NCBI GenBank assembly: GCA_964016885.1
Contig: OZ024746.1
Coordinates: 65,720,001-65,784,000 of the forward strand
DNA length: 64,000 bases
From: Eledone cirrhosa
Taxonomy: Eukaryota
Reading direction: 5' to 3'
Of this stretch, positions 1 through 13,720 are shown piece after piece. The position numbers and the translations under genes are program-made. The notes beneath the pieces are model-generated. The model searched no databases. It was not told the DNA's origin and was given only the letters and a program-made list of their open reading frames with translations. Numbering within the stretch: the first letter of the stretch is position 1; every line of letters begins with the position of its first letter.

Positions 1-229
1 TCCCCCACCCCTCTATCCACACACGCACGCACACTCCGACCTACACCCCACCCCACACACACCTCTTCCTGAACATGCAACCCCGTTCTTCCCCCAACTC
101 TTACTTTCACATACACACATACACACACACGTACACCTACACACACACCCCGCCTTCAGCCCGCCCCGCTCGGACACCCCGTCTCCCTCTCCCCACTCCA
201 CCCGCCACCACCCCTACACGCACCACACC

Positions 230-505
230 CTCCACGACCTGTTTTTCTCCATGTGTATTTTTAATTTTATTTTGATCATGCCTTTATATTTAATTTCATT
301 TGTACCGTTTCCTCTCACCCCCTTTTTTCTATATGTCTCTCCACCACTCCCTACACACCCTTGGAACTCTCTTCCCACACACTTTTCACCCGAAGAAGGG
401 CTTATGCCCGAAACGTCGTTCCCCACCACCACCCCACTCTCAAGAGCGTGAAACTAATAAACCTTTGTTCGTACTGCCTCTCTGTTTTGTTCCCGTTCAA
501 TTTTT

Positions 506-510
<5 letters not shown>
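230..510 (+). mobile_element. Probable Penelope-like 3' terminus with minimal hammerhead-like motif (388-419)
   Basis: AC-CCGAAGA-A-GGG-CTTATG-CCC-GAAACGTC/GT resembles minimal PLE hammerheads. Followed by AATAAA (456-461) and (TA)n. Confidence 0.55.
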
Positions 511-589
<79 letters not shown>

Positions 590-611
590 TACTGTATATA
601 TATATATATAG

Positions 612-646
<35 letters not shown>

Positions 647-1100
647 GTGAAAGAGAGAGAGATAGCTTAATGGGTAGGTAGAGAAGTTCGGTAAGTAGTT
701 AGACTGAAACAGTCACAGACAGCCAGATTGATTGATTGAAAGATGTGAAAATATCGATTGAGAAAAATCTTGATTTATAAATAACTAATAAAATAGGAAA
801 GTAGAATACCGTGGACAGATGAAATGAAATTATATCAACTAAAAATTAACAGGACTTTTTGAGCTTTGTTGATTGATAGTTTGTTCGTGTTTCGTTGTGA
901 GCATTACCGAAACTGAAATACAGCACCAAATGTAGTGTCTGCATTTTTTTCACAGCGTTATCCTTCAAAATATTTTCCTATCAACTATGTACTCCTGTGA
1001 GACAGTGAAATAAGATCTCTTCTTATTCTTAGAGCTTCGGAAACCGCCAGAAAATATCTTCTTTGTATGACTCATGTGATATTTTTATTTAACAGTGAAT

Positions 1101-1288
1101 AATTGTTTCTACTTTAGGCACAAGGCCAGCAAATACCCGGTACATTACTGGTACTTTATTTTATCGACCCCGTATGGATGAAAGGCAAATTAACATCGGC
1201 GGGATTTGAACTCAGACTGTAAAGGGACGTAACTATGCTGGAAAACATGGCGTCCAACCCTCTACCGATACTGCCAATTCACCGCCCT
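1101..1288 (-). mobile_element. tRNA-derived SINE, family A
   Basis: Reverse complement of consensus agggcggtgRattggcagtatcggtagag...gagttcaaatccc (B-box)...ttgcctttcatccttacggggtcgataaaataaagtaccag...ggccttgtgcctaaagtagaaacaatt. Central domain resembles Meta/MESC-type SINE core (from memory). Confidence 0.88.
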
Positions 1289-1350
1289 TTAATAGTGAAT
1301 AATTCTATTCAAAATAAGATTGCAAACATTATGATCGTATATTGGTTATT

Positions 1351-1533
1351 GGTGGATTGGCAGTATCGGTAGAGGCTCGGACGCCATCTTTCCAGCATAG
1401 TTACGTCCTTTACGACCTGAGTTCAAATCCCGCTGAGGTTGACGTTGCCTTTCATCCTTACGGGGTCGATAAAATAAAGTACCAGTAATGCACTGGGTAA
1501 ATTGCTGGCCTTGTGCCTAAAGTAGAAACAATT
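1351..1533 (+). mobile_element. tRNA-derived SINE, family A
   Basis: Same head, B-box (gagttcaaatccc), core and tail. Confidence 0.88.
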
Positions 1534-1671
1534 AATGTACGATTGTGACTGTGCTTCCAGAACACGAATTTGATAAAGAGGGGTTAGAGTGAGGTTTGTA
1601 TCAACTGTTACTATTTATGCTGCGTTAGTTAATGAAAGGAGAACATTTGTCCTCGTATCATTTTTCTTGCC

Positions 1672-1852
1672 GGGGCATTGGCAGTATATCTGACGTCATG
1701 CTTTGCAGCATAGAGTTACGCCCCTGTGTGGTCTGATTTCAAATCTTGCCGCGGTTAACTTTGCATTTCACCCTTAGAGGGTTGATAGAATAAAGTACCA
1801 GTAATGCACTCGGATAATTGCTGGCCTTGTGCCAAAAGTAGAAACAATTATT
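1672..1852 (+). mobile_element. tRNA-derived SINE, family A (diverged)
   Basis: Head, core and ggccttgtgccaaaagtagaaacaatt tail recognisable. Confidence 0.85.
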
Positions 1853-2767
1853 TTTCTTACAAACCTTCAGCCATTTCATCACATACTATCAGTATTCTCC
1901 AACTTTGACTTCACCTGACTGAATTAAACATTACATGTTTTACGTTGCTACTGAAGTTATTTTATACTGCTCATGTACCACTTACACACACACGCATACA
2001 CTCAAACTCACATACATACACGCAAATGCACACACATGCACACACATACATACACATATAAACAGACAGACACACAAACATATACGCAAAACACAAACTC
2101 AAACTCGCAAACATATAAAAACAACAAAAACACACACAAACATAAACAGATATGTATATTTATTTTTATGTAAATAAAAAACATAACACTGAACGGCGAT
2201 ATAAATTGTCTTGGTGTGATTTATGGAAGTATATTTTTTTCCAGCTGCAGAGACGGAATAAAGTTGCATAAATAAATATAATATTCTTTTACGTATTACT
2301 GAAAAATATTTCAAACTTATATTTTTTATAAATAATAAAGATGAATACCTATGATTTGGACGCCATGCCTGATAGCAAGTAATCCGTCTTAAATATTTGT
2401 AAACACCAGGGAAGATTAACGTAAGTAAAGCTTAAGAGTTTAATGTTTTTTCCAAATTTTCCAAGATTTAGTACATACACTGTAATGAGGTTTTATTATA
2501 TTTAGCCAATACATTAAGGAAAAATAACAACATATTATGACTTTTGTTAATGTATACTTTTAAACGAAGCTGATAAGAAACTATAAATATATTTAACTTT
2601 GAGAACGATCAAGTATAATAATGTAAAACCAGACACTACTAATTCTCTAATATATTTTTGCATTGTAAAAAAGCAATAAACAGTTCAAAACTAAGTAATG
2701 AATTGATTTATTTTTTATGTATATATATATTATTATTATTATTATTATTGTTATTATTATTATTATT

Positions 2768-2957
2768 AGGGCGGTGGATTGGCAGTATTGGGAGAGGGAC
2801 GGACGCCATGCTTTGACGTATAGAGTTACGGCCCTTGCCATTCTGAGTTCAAATCCCGCCGAGGTTAACTTTGCCTTTCATCCTTACGGGGTCGATAAAA
2901 TAAAGTACCAGTAATGCACTGGGTAATTCCTGGCCTTGTGCCTAAAGTAGAAACAAT
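2768..2957 (+). mobile_element. tRNA-derived SINE, family A, within (ATT)n; LINE copy 1 follows its ATT tail
   Basis: Full-length copy with (ATT)n at ~2730-2767 upstream and to 2973 downstream. Confidence 0.9.
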
Positions 2958-2973
2958 TATTATTATTATTATT

Positions 2974-5900
2974 GGTGACCTACGTAGTAAATCGTATCAT
3001 CGTGAGCTCCGCAAAGGTTTGTTATTTTCAGTTGTTTAAAATTGCCATTCATGGAAAACTTTTATTGTTAACTGTATATAAGTGCACATACATTGTTATC
3101 TGAAAAGGACACCCAAAAAGATTGGGGCCTTGAGCCCAAAATTTAAACTTTTATAATTATCAAACAAAAATTTTTCTTTGAAAAATCATGGCTGGCTCAG
3201 AGTCACTCCTTTCTCACAAACTAACACCTCACACCGACACCACCATTGTAAATATTACTACGTTTGTCAACACTAAAATTATAAGCAGTAGCAATATTTT
3301 TAATTTGTTTCAGGCAGACATTCATTTCCCGCCATTACCAATGACTGCAGGTGTTAAAGCCGCCACCACCACCACTACCATCGCGACAACCACCACCCCC
3401 ACCACCACCGCGACAACAGAAACAAAAGAAAAAAATAAATTAACTTGTGATATCGAAATGAATTCAACCAAAATGAATTCTTCCACACCGAACACCACTG
3501 ACGCCACCACCACCACAACTGAAACTAAAATTAATAATAACAACAACAACGATAACAACAACAGCAACAATGACATTAAGAAAACCACCCAGAGTAGCAA
3601 AACAGTGCGAAGCATTTCAGGTAACTCAGGAAGAATTAGAAGAAGCCCCAAACATGGTAACGAAAGATGGGTACAGGGTCATCCTCATCCCCTCCACACC
3701 TAATAAAATGGAGCATCGGCGCCTATGCACCGTGTCTTATCGAACAATTAATATAAAATCGCGCCGAGTGGAACGGGCATCCGAGTCCCAAATCCAAAAA
3801 GCCTTTGGGACATGTGTGGGCAAAAAAACCCCACATCAGATGTGGGCAGAAGTATGGAACCGTGGACGTATTCTTTGAAACACCACAGGAGGCTAGAGAA
3901 CACTCCAGCGTCCCATTAAGAAGTGACGACTTCACACTCGTCCCAAGCTATCGTGGCCAGAGACTCGTAAAGATCAGGGTCACCCACGTTCCACCGGCCA
4001 TCGAAATTCCCTGGCTAATAGCTGCCGTCCTCGCCGGCAGCGAAGCCAACACCAAGATAATCGAAATAGCGAAAGAATAGCAGGAGAACTGGTCCTGATC
4101 TGGGATGGACCATTGCTAAGGGCTTTCTGCCGTCAGGCTAAAAGTTTGAGGCCACCTCTCCTACCCACCCCAGTGACTCAACCATCAACACCACCAGCAG
4201 CAGAGATGGCAGCAACAACTGCAGCAGCAACAACAGAAGCAACTGTAACAACAACAACCCTAGCAACAGTAGCAAAACCAATACCGCCACCACCCAACGC
4301 GCCAGAACTAGCAACAGCGCCTACAACATCCACCACGCCACAACCAAAACTAACGCCTGTGGAGGATTTTCCACTCCCCGGCCTATCGCAACTGGAGACA
4401 GATTGTGACGACGTGGAGTGGGAAACGGTATCAGGAAAAAAGAAAAAAAGAAACCAAAAAAGAAAAAATTCTCTTTCTTCCCCCTTCAAAAACAAAATAC
4501 AAAGGGAAACAAATAAACTATCAAACAAAAAAATTAGGACAGATATGTCACCATCCACACCAGCATCACCAACCCCATCACCCCAACCACCAACACCCTC
4601 ACCATCATTAACCCCAACACCACCATCACCTACACCACAAAAGTCACCAAAAAGCGAAACTGAAACAAACCCAAAACAAACACGAATAAAACAAAACAAC
4701 CAAAACGATACACACTACACATCATTACATTTGAACAACAACCAATTATTGCACTACATACAACACTACGTCAGCATCACAGAAAAAGACTACACAACCC
4801 AAAAGTTCACACCACCTCCACACATACAAATCACTCGCATCACACAGAAAACGTACATGACACTAAAACAAACATTCCCCAAAGACATCGGAGACTTCCG
4901 ACAAGCACTCTCCAGGAGGATTTATAACGACATCCTTCCTGAGGAGGCCACAAGCATTGAAAAGGATGCAGAAACCGTCCTTCCTCTACGAGAAGTAAGG
5001 TAAGTGGTCTTTCCCATCTTTTCCACTTCATTTCAACATGACCTCACTCAGAATAGGCAGCATAAATGCGCGTGGCTTGGGGTCGTCATGGAAGCAGGGC
5101 CACCTGCTCAACGACCTCAGGTCACTAAACATGGATGTAGTGGCCATCAGCGAGACCAGAATCTCTGAAGCACGGACCTTCGCACCGATCTTCGGCCTCT
5201 ACGATGTGTACGCATCTCCCAGCCGTCCGGGAGCGGGGGGAGGAGTTGCTGTGCTTTTTAGGAGAGGTTTGGATCTCGCCATACGGGCCATCTTCCTGAA
5301 CCCAGAAGGTAAGTTGGTGGTGCTGGACGTGACCAGCGGAGACGGGCGAGCTTTCAGGCTAGTGGCCGTCTATGCCCCGACAGGAACAGGGCGGCCTGAT
5401 TTCTTCTGGCGTCTGGAGACCTTTCTTGGAACATCCCGCTCTTTAGTGTTAGTGTGCGACTGGAACGGGATCATAGATGCACGCTGGGACTGTGTCGGAT
5501 TAGCGGATAGAAGAGGAGGGTGCAAGAGTCTCACCAACCTGCTCAGGTGTTTTAAACTGTCTGACAGTTACCGATTGTATTTCCCGAATGTACCAATGTG
5601 GACTTGGACAAATCGCATAGGGTCACCCAGATCATATCTAAATAGAGTATTTTGTAGGGAAATAGATAGGTCTAGCATAGGCTGTCCACAATTCAAGATA
5701 GTCAGCTACACGGACCACAAATTCGTGATCTGTGTGCTTGACTTCGATAGGCTTCATAGACGAGGACCCGGCTACTGGAAGCTAAACGCGTCCTTACCAG
5801 CGCGCAAGGCCTACAGAGACCGGATTAGCGAACTAGTTAAGCGGGTGTTGACTGGGGCCATCGTCAACAACAAGTGGTGGTCTGCTCTGAAAAGAACGAT

Positions 5901-8285
5901 TAGAATAAAATCCATTAGGTTTAGTACGGGTTTAGCAAAAGAGAAAAATAGAGCAGAGGGAGAACTAGTTAGAAAATTAGACGAGGCGCTTAGCAAAGGC
6001 ATCGCGACCGACGTGCTTGCGGCGAAATTGGCCCTTGACCAATTCTTCAATGCAAAGCACGAAGGCTGCGTTGTCAGAGCTAGGGTGCGTGCTCTCAGAC
6101 ACGAGGGGACGAAAGCCGTTCAATGGGCCCGAGTGGCGGAGGCGCGTCGTGGCAACAAAGCCACGATCCGGTCTTTGGTGGACCACGACGGGCGCATGCT
6201 ACTCGATCCCGGGCAAATGTGTGAAGCTTTTCAACGACACTTCGCACAGCTGTTCGGGGGCAGTGGCGGGCCGGATCGAGGGATGGACTTTAGTATCTAC
6301 CTCGAAGGACTGCCGCGGATCTCGGCCATTGAGGCGGAGTGCTTGGAAAAGCCGATAACAGCCGCTGAAGTATGGAGGCAATGACTGGCTGCACAAGGGG
6401 TCAATCGACTGGTTTAGATGGTCTGCCCTATCAACTTTACGTGGCGGTTGGCTTTGGGCCCGTCTTCAGAGGCTGGATCGCTGCCATGCACAGCGACATC
6501 TGCTCTGTAGTGAGAGTGAACGGTCACCTTTCGGAACTGTTCAACTTCATGCGCTCGGTCCGCCAAGGATGTCCCCTCTCGTCCCTCTTATACGTATTGT
6601 CTCTCGAGCCATTACTGCACAAACTGGAGACGTTGAGGGGCGTCCTGCGCGAACTAGGATGCGGAAGATCCGTGTCAGCACACGCGGACGATGTCACCGT
6701 AGTGGTGTCGAACCCCCAAAACATCGAGGCGATCGGCACTACACTAAGAGAATACGAAGCGGTGACAGGAGCAATGATCAACCAGGAAGAGTCAGTGGGC
6801 CTGGAGAGGCAGGTCCATGCCGTCCAACAGCGTCGCCGGACGCTGGACGGACGGACCGGTTAAATTGCTAGGGGTCTGGTTCGGTCCGGACCTCCAGACG
6901 GACAAAAACTGGGACGAGGTGACGAGCAGGGTGGCTTCTCTCACCCAGAAATGGGCGGAGAGGAAGCTATCCCTGAAAGGTCGAGCGGAGGTGGCTAACG
7001 CGTACATCGCGTCTGTCATCTGCTACCGTCTGACCGTCGTACCTTGTCCTAAGCCCCGCCTGACTGCGCTGGAGCGTTTGCTCTTTCGCTTTTTGTGGAA
7101 GGGACGCGCTCCGATGATCAGGCGGTCCATCTGCTGTCAACACCTGCTACGTGGAGGTCTGGGAATGCAGTAGCTGATGATGCGCAGAAACGCGCTCAGG
7201 CTACAATATCTCCACCTCTTCCTCGACGGTGATCAGGTGTGGTCGCTGTTTGCTAGACACGTATTTCCCCAGCTCGTTTCCTTGACGGAGCTGCAGTCCT
7301 GGTTCAAGCGAAGACCGAGAGGGAGCGCCTGTAGACTGGAAAGTCTTCAGGCGCTCACAGCCCTCGACCAATCGGGCAATGTGATCGGTGGAAACTCCAC
7401 CTCGGCGTTCTATAGAGGATTAGTGGAGGAGAAGAGCGACGACGTACTTGGGGAAACTCTAGGCGTCGACGAAAATCAACTAGCCAATCTCTTCGGAATA
7501 ACTTTCGGGCCGGGACCTATGGACAACTTCCAGAAATCTCTGGCCTGGCAGTGCTACCGAGGAGCCTTGCCAGTTCGGGATAAACTCTACAGGAATGGAG
7601 GTACCGTCAGTCGGGCATGTCCGAGATGCGCGCAGGGCGACGAAACCGTCCTGCACGCACTCGTCCAGTGTCCGAAAATTGCTGACTTGTGGGTTTATGT
7701 CGAACACCTGTTGTCGTCGCATGTAGGACGGATCCGGCTATCATCTGAGTCCATCGTAAGGATTGCCCAGCCCTCCTCCTTTAGCCGGGAAGGGCAGGCA
7801 GTTTTTATCTGTCTGGTGGCCATGGCGAAAGAGATAGTATGGTGGACACGTTTGAAAGGGCTGAAGACGATCACTTACCTCTTCGGTGATGCCCTGATTG
7901 ACCTTTTCAAATTTCACTTGAAAAGGAAACTCAGAGTAGAGAGGGAAGTGCTCTCTTCCCAGCATTTTGTTGAAAGATGGGTGAGAGAAGCAAGAATGAC
8001 CCAAGTGAATGGGCCTACTCTGAGTACGTATCTGTAAATTAAAGGTGGAAAACTGGGAGAGGGCACTTGCCTTGGTGGTCAGGGTCACTGTGGCCTTTTA
8101 CTGGGCTTTCTCCACAAATGTCCCTCCGAGGTCTCCTCCCTATTGGGGAATCTTTCATTGTTATCTTTTGTTACATCCTCTGTTTTTGTTTTTTACACGC
8201 AGAAATGCCCATTTGTACCGTCCTGTATTGTCCTGCACTATCCTTAATGTCTACTTTATGTAAACCCTTGTGGTTAATAAAGAAA

Positions 8286-8287
<2 letters not shown>
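2974..8287 (+). mobile_element. L1/Tx1-type non-LTR retrotransposon copy 1 (decayed, internal RT deletion), in (ATT)n
   Basis: Fragmented ORF1 (~3341-5003) and ORF2 5038-8037. Ends CCCTTGTGGTTAATAAAGAAATC. (ATT)n on both sides (~2956-2973, 8288-8322). Confidence 0.93.
5038..8037 (+). pseudogene. ORF2 of LINE copy 1 (APE endonuclease, RT, C-terminal CCHC), frameshifted
   Basis: SINARG, DVVAISET, VAVYAP, CDWN, TDHK (APE); QGCPLS and AHADD (RT); CPRC..ETVLHALVQC zinc finger. RT N-terminal part missing near 6443 relative to copy 5. Confidence 0.93.
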
Positions 8288-8325
<38 letters not shown>

Positions 8326-8435
8326 ATATATATATGTATGTATATATGTATATATATGTATATATGTATATATAAAATCAAATATGGGAAAAGCAAACAA
8401 GTTAAGAAAAAAGTCTTTACCTATTCACTTTAATG

Positions 8436-8510
8436 TCCCCACTGCAGTTTCATTGGGAAAATAACGATACTCCGAGTAGTGTATCGCGAGAACTCCCAAA
8501 TCATCAGTAG
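8436..8510 (-). ncRNA. Degenerate hammerhead motif with long stem II
   Basis: CTGATGA-T-TTGGGA..GCGATAC..GTATCGT..TCCCAA-T-GAAAC-TGCA-GT-G. GUG triplet and poor stem I suggest it is inactive. Confidence 0.5.
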
Positions 8511-8710
8511 ATTTTCTCGGCCCAGAAATAAAATTCCAGACAAGAATTCCCAGCCGCTCCTTGTCAGTAAAAATTTCGAATGAAATGAGTGTCACTTGAC
8601 AACTGACCAACAGGAGGGTAGTAGAAGTGGACAATAGCAGGCTACGTGCTACTAGAAAGTAGTTCGATTCCGCCAAATGTTCACTCTACCATAAGGGAGT
8701 GTAGTATATA

Positions 8711-8954
8711 TTAAACGTATATATCTCTACACGAGAATAGATACAAGTATACATACGTACTGAGTGTCCAACTTATACTGCGCTTGGTTATATGAAAGAG
8801 AAAAAACAAATTCTTAATTTGATTGCGTTTCCCATATTTGATTTTATTAGGTTCTGAATCTGTTAATTTTATTAATTTTTTCATACAAACAAAGTTAGGC
8901 ACTCTGTATGTATGTATCTATACTCGTGTAGATATATATATATATCTTCGTTTA
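8711..8954. repeat. ~245-bp element with ~45-bp imperfect terminal inverted repeats
   Basis: ttaaacg-tatatatctctacacgagaatagatac vs gtatctatactcgtgtagatatata...cgtttaa. Confidence 0.6.
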
Positions 8955-9419
8955 ATATATATATATCACATATCTGTGGCGACATTTAAAGCTACAACAT
9001 ACCCGCTCAGGCTAAGAACGGAAGACTTGCTGAAGTAGGAAATACTATGTTCTGTCGTCAAAGACCTTTATATTGCAGACTCCTGCAATCGGAATTTCTC
9101 GATATTGGATTTGCAGAAACTTAGCGCTGATATTGCTTGCTGTATATGATGTATATTGTTGATATACGATTTAAGTTATATATTTTGCACTCAGCCTTAC
9201 CGCTCTGTCCGGGTCAGTATAAAATCTTTTCCTGGGTCTTGTAGTTTCGTTGCTCTGGTGATGCAGCTGGACTTCCGACCGCTATATCTGATTTGCTAAA
9301 CTGTCTGAACGTAATGTTATTACTCTGGGGTCCTTCCTCATCCGAGTGCTAAAGCTACAGACCGATTATGCATTCGCTAGCTTGGCCGTATTCTAAAGCT
9401 TCGTCAATGCTGCACTAAA

Positions 9420-9451
<32 letters not shown>

Positions 9452-9454
<3 letters not shown>

Positions 9455-9645
9455 AAAAAGTTTGACCCCGACGGCAGAGCTCAAGCCGTTTCGACGGCTA
9501 TTTCTAGTCCAGAAATAGCCGTCGAAACGGCTTGAGCTCTGCCGTCGGGGTCAAACATGTTCCTATTAACAACACTACTATCCTAAGTATTGAGCACTCT
9601 GGTGCGTTATGGTCCATCTGGTTCCTTACCACACATCCTTCGTTA
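9452..9645 (+). mobile_element. Fold-back mini-element (PLE-terminus-like), family P, copy 1
   Basis: Near-perfect palindrome 9460-9556 (gtttgaccccgacggcagagctcaagccgtttcgacggctatttct...), then a ~90-bp family-specific tail. (TA)n on both sides. Confidence 0.8.
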
Positions 9646-9669
9646 TATATATATATATCTATCTATCTA

Positions 9670-9747
<78 letters not shown>

Positions 9748-10201
9748 AAAAGAGTCAGGACCCCGACGACAGAGCTCAAGCTATGTATGTAAACATATGT
9801 ATGTAAATATGTATGTGTATTTAAAGCTTATATCTATGTATCTAAAATTATATATATATAAATATATAGTGAGAGAGGGAGAGAACGAGAAAGAGAAAGA
9901 GAGAGATAATGCGCAGTTTTTCTTTTATTTGTGTCACTTGCATATGAATCATTTAAATTGACTCGAAAAATAGATACAATTCCGAATTAAGTGTTAGATT
10001 GAGCCAGGGATTAACAAATATATTGTTTAAGGCATGAAACAAAGACAGTGTTAGTATTCTCTTAAATATTCCGGAAATATTCTTTAGTACGTAAGGTATG
10101 TAGTTATTTTGTCATTTGTACAGCTATTGCAACACTTCATTCAAATACAATATATATAAACTGCACTTAACTTGGATGTATATAAATATACATGTATACT
10201 A

Positions 10202-10203
<2 letters not shown>

Positions 10204-10299
<96 letters not shown>

Positions 10300-10346
10300 A
10301 CACACACACACACACATACACGCGCGCGCAAACACACACACACACA
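10204..10346. repeat. (CA)n microsatellite
   Basis: Direct reading; similar tracts at ~12066-12222 and ~49860-49937. Confidence 0.95.
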
Positions 10347-10349
10347 TAT

Positions 10350-10636
10350 TAAGTCTGACTTAAGCCTGAAGGCTCTTTCTGCCGCTGCTTATCCCGGTTT
10401 CATGGAGTGAAGCGAATGAGAGTACAAGACTCTTCCCTGGACAGGACGCCAGTCCATCGCATGGTTAAACCCCAGCTATTGCTGGTATTCATTTTCAGCT
10501 GAGTATACTGGTGCAACGTGAAATGAAGTATTTTCCTCAATAACACAACAAGCAACACAGGGATCGAACCCGCGACGTTATGATCGTACGTCCAACAACC
10601 TTAGTCCAACGACCTTACTAGGCCACGTACCTCCGC
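10350..10636 (-). mobile_element. tRNA-derived SINE, family B
   Basis: Minus strand has gtggcctagtaagg (A-box), gggttcgatccc (B-box), then gcgatggactggcgtcctgtccaggg (V-domain-like, from memory). Ends at the (CA)n tract. Confidence 0.75.
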
Positions 10637-11024
10637 TATATATATATATGTGTGTGTGTGTGTTAGGTGAGTTTCATCTGATAGAATGTTTAGGGTGCTG
10701 GATTATGTTTTCAACTCTCTTTCAAATGCAGTCCTAATCCTAACATATACAAGGTAGCCGTTTAATGAAACGGAGTAATGGATTGAAGAGCTATTTGGTC
10801 CATGAACAAGTCCTTAATGAAAGATACCAGGTTTGTTTTGGATTAAAAAGACTGGTACTTGGCTGTTTGCTGAGAAAAAAATTGTTTGCGTTGATCAAAG
10901 ACGAAATATCATTGTAAAATAACTGGTATAGGCTCCAGCTCATCGCAGAATATGTATCTTGTACAAACACATACACACATGCACAGTCGAGTCTTTTAGT
11001 TCTCTCCCCCTCTCTCTCTCTCTC

Positions 11025-11070
<46 letters not shown>

Positions 11071-11537
11071 TGCCTCTGTGTGTGTGGTTGTGTGTGTATA
11101 TATGTGTGTGTGTGCGTATGTGTGTCTATGTGTGTGCATGTGTGTGTGTGTGTGTTTGTGCGTGTATGTGTGTCTGTGTGTCTGTGTATTCATGTTAAGG
11201 GTGAACAGACATAACACAAATAACAAAACATTCAGCACAATACACGGAAGAAATATTTCAGTTTAACGCTTGAAATAGCAATTTCCCTTATCAGTGTCTA
11301 TCTACCTGCATGAGTCTTTGGTTCTACATATATGGATCTTTCTCTTATTTCGTCTTGCATTTCCTTTGATTTAGGTTATATAATTTCCGATAGATTTGAT
11401 AAATCCCTACAGACGTTTTCCTTGACTTTTCATTCTGATTTATTTCTGTAACTGAAACATTAATTTATTGACTGATTTCAATTCATATTTGAGGTGTGAT
11501 TTTCTTGGGAATATTTCAATGTATTTGATTCAAAATA

Positions 11538-11631
11538 ATTGTTTCTATTTATGGCACAAGGCCAGCAAACACCCAGTACATTACTGGTACTTTATTTTAT
11601 CGACCCCGTAAGGATGAATGGCAAAGTTAAC
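11538..11631 (-). mobile_element. SINE family A, 3' fragment
   Basis: aattgtttcta...ggcacaaggccagc...tttatcgaccccgtaaggatgaa. Confidence 0.8.
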
Positions 11632-12081
11632 GTATTATTTCCTATGGACTGTCGTAGTAAAGCGCATCAAAGATAGAATATTACTGAAACCTTCTGTATC
11701 AATGATCGAAGACATTGAAAAATTAAGCGTGACAAGCATTAAACGTTTAACGTTGACAGGATTGTCAAATATTTGTTATCGCTCGAACTGTATTTAATAT
11801 CTCTACTGCATAGTTTGACGCAATGTGAAACATTTGTCAATGTATTCCGGTTGGCTTGCTCATCAATAAGCATAACTTTAATCATTTATGACAATTTGCT
11901 TTGTGTTTAATTTCAATAGCAGTTGAAGCTTTTCGTCGATTCATTTACTGGTTCTGGTCATTACCATGCAGTTATGCTGAGTTTCAAACAATTTATCAGG
12001 CCATATCGGGCTCTAAACATATTTCTCTTATTTTATCGAACCGTATTTTTCTAAACAGTACTAAAACACACACACACACGC

Positions 12082-12233
<152 letters not shown>

Positions 12234-12240
12234 TTACATA

Positions 12241-12418
12241 TAACGAAGTAATTGTAGTAAGGAACCAGATGGGCCATAACACACCAGAGTACTCAATACT
12301 TAGGGTAGTAGAGTGGGTAATAGGAAAAGGTATGACACCGACGGCAGAGCTCAAGCCGTTTCGACATAGCCGTCGAAACGGCTTGAGCTCTGCCGTCAGG
12401 GTCATACCTTTTCCTATA
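12241..12418 (-). mobile_element. Fold-back mini-element, family P, copy 2
   Basis: Same tail inverted; palindrome ~12320-12417 with a shorter centre. Confidence 0.8.
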
Positions 12419-12420
12419 TT

Positions 12421-13368
<948 letters not shown>

Positions 13369-13641
13369 CTTTGAACATTCAATGAATATATGAATGAATT
13401 GAGGTAGCGATTGATGCATTGTGATACGATCCTTTTAGCTAAAGATTCGAATATTCGCACCATCGCCACCGTTCTAAAGCCAACCGCGAAGAACCGATAT
13501 CGAATAGCACATTTTGTCTGTTGAGAATCAAAGTAGGAGCTAAGGTTTATTAATTGGTTGACCAGATACATCACATGGCAGAGGAAGTAAAGTAAAATCA
13601 GTAAATAAATATATATATGAAAATACATAAGTAAAGGTAAA

Positions 13642-13720
13642 TAATTGTTTCTACTTTAGGCACAAGGCCAGCAATTAACCAGTGCATTACTGGTACTTTA
13701 TTTTATCGACCCCGTAAGGA
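13642..13720 (-). mobile_element. SINE family A, 3' fragment with apparent target-site duplication
   Basis: Tail plus core fragment; taagtaaaggtaaataatt occurs on both sides (~13628 and ~13721). Confidence 0.8.

Noticed and set aside
2768-2870. SINE heads as tRNA genes
   Set aside because: A/B-box-like motifs only; no complete cloverleaf, and they are fused to the SINE core and tail.
4178-4699. Antisense ORFs over the LINE ORF1/ORF2 regions
   Set aside because: By-products of A/C-rich or GC-rich sense coding sequence; not conserved between copies.
6436-6455. ORF2 internal deletions as products of splicing
   Set aside because: The copy 1 junction (ctttacgt-ggcggtt) is 2 nt off an exact GT-AG excision relative to copy 5, and the other junctions show no splice consensus.
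8045-8263. Hydrophobic ORFs in LINE 3' UTRs (also 35935-36132) as an env-like third ORF
   Set aside because: Hydrophobicity follows from T-rich UTR composition, starts are non-ATG, and the frames are not conserved across the five copies.
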